Shown here piece by piece: positions 60,241-64,000 of a DNA stretch of 64,000 nt. The notes below the pieces were generated by a model. The model was not told the DNA's origin and searched no databases. It saw only the letters and a list, made by a program, of their open reading frames with translations. The stretch spans positions 99,748-163,747 of the forward strand of contig JAHLWZ010000275.1 of assembly GCA_020536535.1 (NCBI GenBank), given 5' to 3'. Both the position numbers and the translations under genes were made by a program. The DNA comes from Pelomyxa schiedti. Its lineage: Eukaryota; Protista; Evosea. The stretch's first letter is position 1; each line of letters begins with the position of its first letter.

Positions 60241-62991
60241 TCACTCAAAGTGCAGAGGGTCAGATATCTGGTGCAACCACTCCAGGCCAGGGGAGAAGGC
60301 TGGTGTCTCGTTTATCAAAGGGAAGCACAGTTCAGGGCTGGGCCCGTCCTGGTTGCCCGTAGACTGCTCTGCACTGCCCACTGTAATCAGAGTGCAGGGC
60401 GTGGTCACGGCACTGCTGTCCGCGCTTTCCGTGCTACTGTTGTTGTTGCTGTAGTTGTTGTTGCTGCTGTTGTTATTGTTGTCTGAACTGAAGTATACAA
60501 TGGAGGAGGGGACTTCTAGGTCCAGTGGGAGGGGCTGAAAGGCGTCGTCGTTTTCGTCGAGCTCGCTCCTTTTTCAAAGGTTAATGAAAGGATAGAGGGA
60601 CAAAAAAGGGTCTTACTGTGATACTTGAGGTAGTAGGTCTTCCAGGCGAATTGTCCTTCAAAAAATGAGAGAAATCAATAGGAAGCAAAGACCATACAAT
60701 TGAATAGGCAGAGGAACGACCTCCCGAAAGCGGAGATCAGTATTTGCCCCAGTTCGTTTCAATTTGGGTGAAGGTTCCACAGGTATCTCATAGGAAGATG
60801 GAATCGGGTTGAACGATATATTACATGTGGTGTTGTGGTGGCGATTTTCTTCGATTGGAGTGTTCTTTGAGGTAGTGGTTGTAGATGTGGCATGGCGGCG
60901 GGATTGCCGTGGTACCCTTGGTATATCATTGTGCTGTCTTATCATATCCTTGAATGTTTCTGGTCCGAGTGAGTGTTAAAATGATAAAGGGTATAAAGGC
61001 ACTTTTTTTGAAGTCTTTAGGGTCGACCTCGAACCTGTACAAAAGCCTGTCACCCTTGTACTTAATAACATGGGTGGGTTCTGCAGATTTATAGCGATCA
61101 AACTTTTTGATCAAACTCAGGCAGTTTGTGTTTTGAGGGTTGACTGTACATCGAAAGCAATTGGACTCTTCAATTCGAATAAGATCGGTGAAGAAATTGT
61201 TCGATTGGGAGAGCATACTTAGGAGATCACAGGTTTTATACCACATAATTAGTTGTCCAAGAGCTTCCACAGCAACCCCACTGTTCCAAAACTGGGGTGC
61301 TAAAAGAATATCGAACTCATGTTCGATTAGTCCTGGTGAATCTTGAATATTTGCAATTAGAGAGACAGCTCCAACAAAGGCCCCGCCTCGTGTTGATATC
61401 TCCCACCAGATATTTGAGCGCTGATGGTCACCTAAATCATACAGGGCAGAACGGTACAAGTCCTTGTGCCGTTTTAGGATAATCCGAGTATCATTTGCAG
61501 TATAGGTATGGCCAAAACAGTAATATTGAACAACTTTCCTATCACCTCGTACCTGAAATTTATTCTTAGAATTCGCAAGTGCAATTTGGTCATACAGTGT
61601 AGTGACGCCCAACATCTTCAGGAGAATCAGAACTAAGCGCTTTCAATGTGAGCCGTTGTGTCTGGAAAAGTAACTCGGGGACTCGTTCCGTTGGGATATA
61701 GGGACCCATTGCTCCAGAAGGAGTCATTTCATGTACCTTGCCTGAGGTTAATTCATATAACTGAATTAGTGCATGCGGAACATGAAAGTGATAAGGGAAA
61801 CCTGGTGTAGCACAGTGCCACTGGTTCGAATCAGATGAAACCTGAAGAAGAAATACAAGGTTCATTCCTAGACTTTGTAAACTTCAAGCAGAGAGTGTGT
61901 TTTACATACTCCTGAGGATTGTCGCTATATTTTCAAAGAATAAGAAAGGTAAGACCCATGTTTCGTGAGTACTGGTAGTCCCATTGGAAAGGAGGGACAC
62001 TACAAGATCTTGTGCTTTTTTTTCCCCTCAGTTAGTGAGAGGAAAGGAGGTGGGAAAACATACCGTCGAAAGAATAGCCACACTTCTCGAACATATCCTC
62101 AAAATAGAGTAGGTTTGGCTTCTTCACTGGAAACTGAAACTTGATCTTACTGAGCTCTTTTTTGGAGTATTCAACTCTGAACTTCCCCAAATCCAGAACA
62201 TTTCGCTCCATACCGCTTGCATCCTTCCTCCTGACCCAAGCACAAAATACCTTGCGATGCAGAATTGACACATCGCATTCATGCGAGGCGCAGCCACAAC
62301 CAGCCGGCATCCCGCAGCCCCAAAAAGGCTGCAGGTACAGCAAGATACCAGTGATGTCCGTGTTTCTGGGGACCGCGACGAGCTGCACGCCGTTCAAGCC
62401 ATAAACCGGGGTGTCCTTCTGATTGGCGCATATCGTGAACTGCAGCTTCCTGGACAAACCCTCGTCGCCACTCTGCCGGCACTCGCTCGCGCTAGGAGCC
62501 GAGGTCGCCGGCGTCCAGCTTCCCCACGTCATCGTTTGGCACGGCGATGTCGCCGGCGACGTGGACGTGCTCCGCGACGACGAAGAAGGCGAAGAAGAGG
62601 ACGAGGAGCCGGAGCAGGACGACGACGAGGACGAGGACGAGGAGCCGGAGGACGAAAACGACGGGGGCGTGGTTGCTGGCGTCACGGAGCAACTGCTGGG
62701 GGGCGTGGTTGCCGGCGTAACGGAGCAACTGCAGCTCGAAGGGGGCGTCGTGGCGGGAGTGGTGTAGGCGAAACATGGGGGAGTGGACAGGGGCGGCGGT
62801 GTCAGAGGTCTGCCGCAACAGTCGGGAATCGGGAGGGGCGTGGGGGGCGCCGCGAAGAAGTAGGAAGAGTCGGCCGGGGTCATCGGCAGGCTGAAGTAGT
62901 CGAAATCCGACAGGGGCTGGGACATTGGGAGGCTAGGCAGCGCGGAGTAGAAGTCGGCTGGAGTCGTCGTTGGTGGCGTTGACGGGTACAT
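60241..62991 (-). CDS. Multi-exon protein with RimJ/RimL-type GNAT domain and low-complexity termini
   Basis: FQTQRLTLKAL, FVGAVSL, EFDILLAPQFWNSGVAVEAL, TVNPQNTNCLSLIKKF. Confidence 0.65.
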
Positions 62992-63274
62992 GATGTGCTT
63001 TGTTGTTGTTTTGTTTGGAAAAGAACAGACGTTTGGTGTAAATAAAGAAGGTGTGGTCGGAGTGATGAAGATTTTCTACGCCATCGGGAAAATCAACATC
63101 TTGTTATCCAAAAGTTTCTGTCCTGTTTTGTGTTTTTTTCCGTGGAAGGGAACAAACGCCAGATGTTGATTTTCCAGATGGTGGGTACCTTGTCTTGCCA
63201 GTACATGGAAGGTTCCCGAGAGAAACTTTCTTTGGCTACCTCCTTCTCCGGGACTACGATTCCAACATGTCTCT

Positions 63275-63374
63275 NNNNNNNNNNNNNNNNNNNNNNNNNN
63301 NNNNNNNNNNNNNNNNNNNNNNNNNNNNNNNNNNNNNNNNNNNNNNNNNNNNNNNNNNNNNNNNNNNNNNNNNN
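63275..63374. other. Assembly gap (100 N)
   Basis: Run of N. Confidence 1.
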
Positions 63375-64000
63375 TGGCTCGACCACTTCCCGATGTTGTG
63401 CGGCTGAATGACTTGGATGATGAATCCGGGCTGCCATTACTCCCGCTAAGCATTCAAGACCACCGAAGCTACTTTGAAAATCCAAACCAACCGGAGCATG
63501 GGCTTGCAAAGGCACATGTACTTAATCATCAGCAAATACAAGAAACCTTTCACGCTATGGTACAACTCTTTAACTTGCCTGTTCTAAACTTCTTGTAAGA
63601 CAAAAGATGCCGTCAAAACATGCCGATTAGCAGTCACAGGAGTTCCAAAGACAGTAGTTGTGGAAGTTCTAAAAGACCTCGCTGGAACCAATGTAAAAAA
63701 AAAAAAGCAGCGGGTTACTCACTGACCTTTGATTCCCAGAAACACGAGGAAAATACCACGGCATCACAAGAATCTGTACCACAAGCTTCAATTGAAGCTG
63801 ACCTTCGTTCCCTCTTTTCAACAGAATGTGAGTTACTCAGACATTTCTGGGCATGTTTCCCAACCGACTCCGCAGAGAAACGCTACAAGGTAAGGACCCA
63901 AATTTGCCAGCACTGCAGTCTAACAAGTTTTTTCTCAGAGACAAAGACTTGGTGATGTACTTTTGGTACATCAAAAAGACCTAATTCTAAAACGAGAGCA
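63375..64000 (+). repeat. Near-identical duplicate of ~37528-38155 (3' part of the TFIIH p62 gene)
   Basis: Colinear match including introns with scattered SNPs and small indels; starts right after the N gap. Confidence 0.92.

Overview
Gene-dense eukaryotic (protist, amoebozoan-like) genomic DNA with about 27 protein-coding genes split by many short GT-AG introns (mostly 40-70 nt), so the ORF track fragments most genes. All calls come from manual splicing and motif recognition; no database search was run. Recognisable genes include a LIM protein, PSMG2/PAC2, an FlK-type thioesterase, a MOB protein, an F-BAR-RhoGAP, a 5'-nucleotidase, a GyrI-like protein, a MYND-finger protein, WDR83, NADAR, TFIIH p62, an NCS/CnB-like EF-hand protein, a Cdc25/Acr2 rhodanese, CFAP410, an FHOD-type formin, a kinase, an RNF4-like RING protein and a GNAT. 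Two observations stand out. (1) A ~1210-aa gene at 190-4147 fuses C2H2 fingers, a GREB1-type circularly permuted SF2 ATPase with intact catalytic motifs, and a SAM methyltransferase where GREB1 has a glycosyltransferase; a probable tandem paralogue ends just upstream. (2) An apparently circularly permuted tRNA-Phe(GAA) gene at 10057-10139 on the minus strand has its 3' half upstream of its 5' half. Also notable: a cryptic Hint (Vint-type) domain on an ankyrin protein, a dispersed ~90-nt palindromic element in three copies, a STUbL-like RING protein with Pol II CTD-like heptads, a CaaX-tailed talin-F0-like ubiquitin-fold protein, and an orphan piggyBac-type Cys-rich domain. After a 100-N gap the window ends in a near-identical copy of part of the TFIIH p62 gene.
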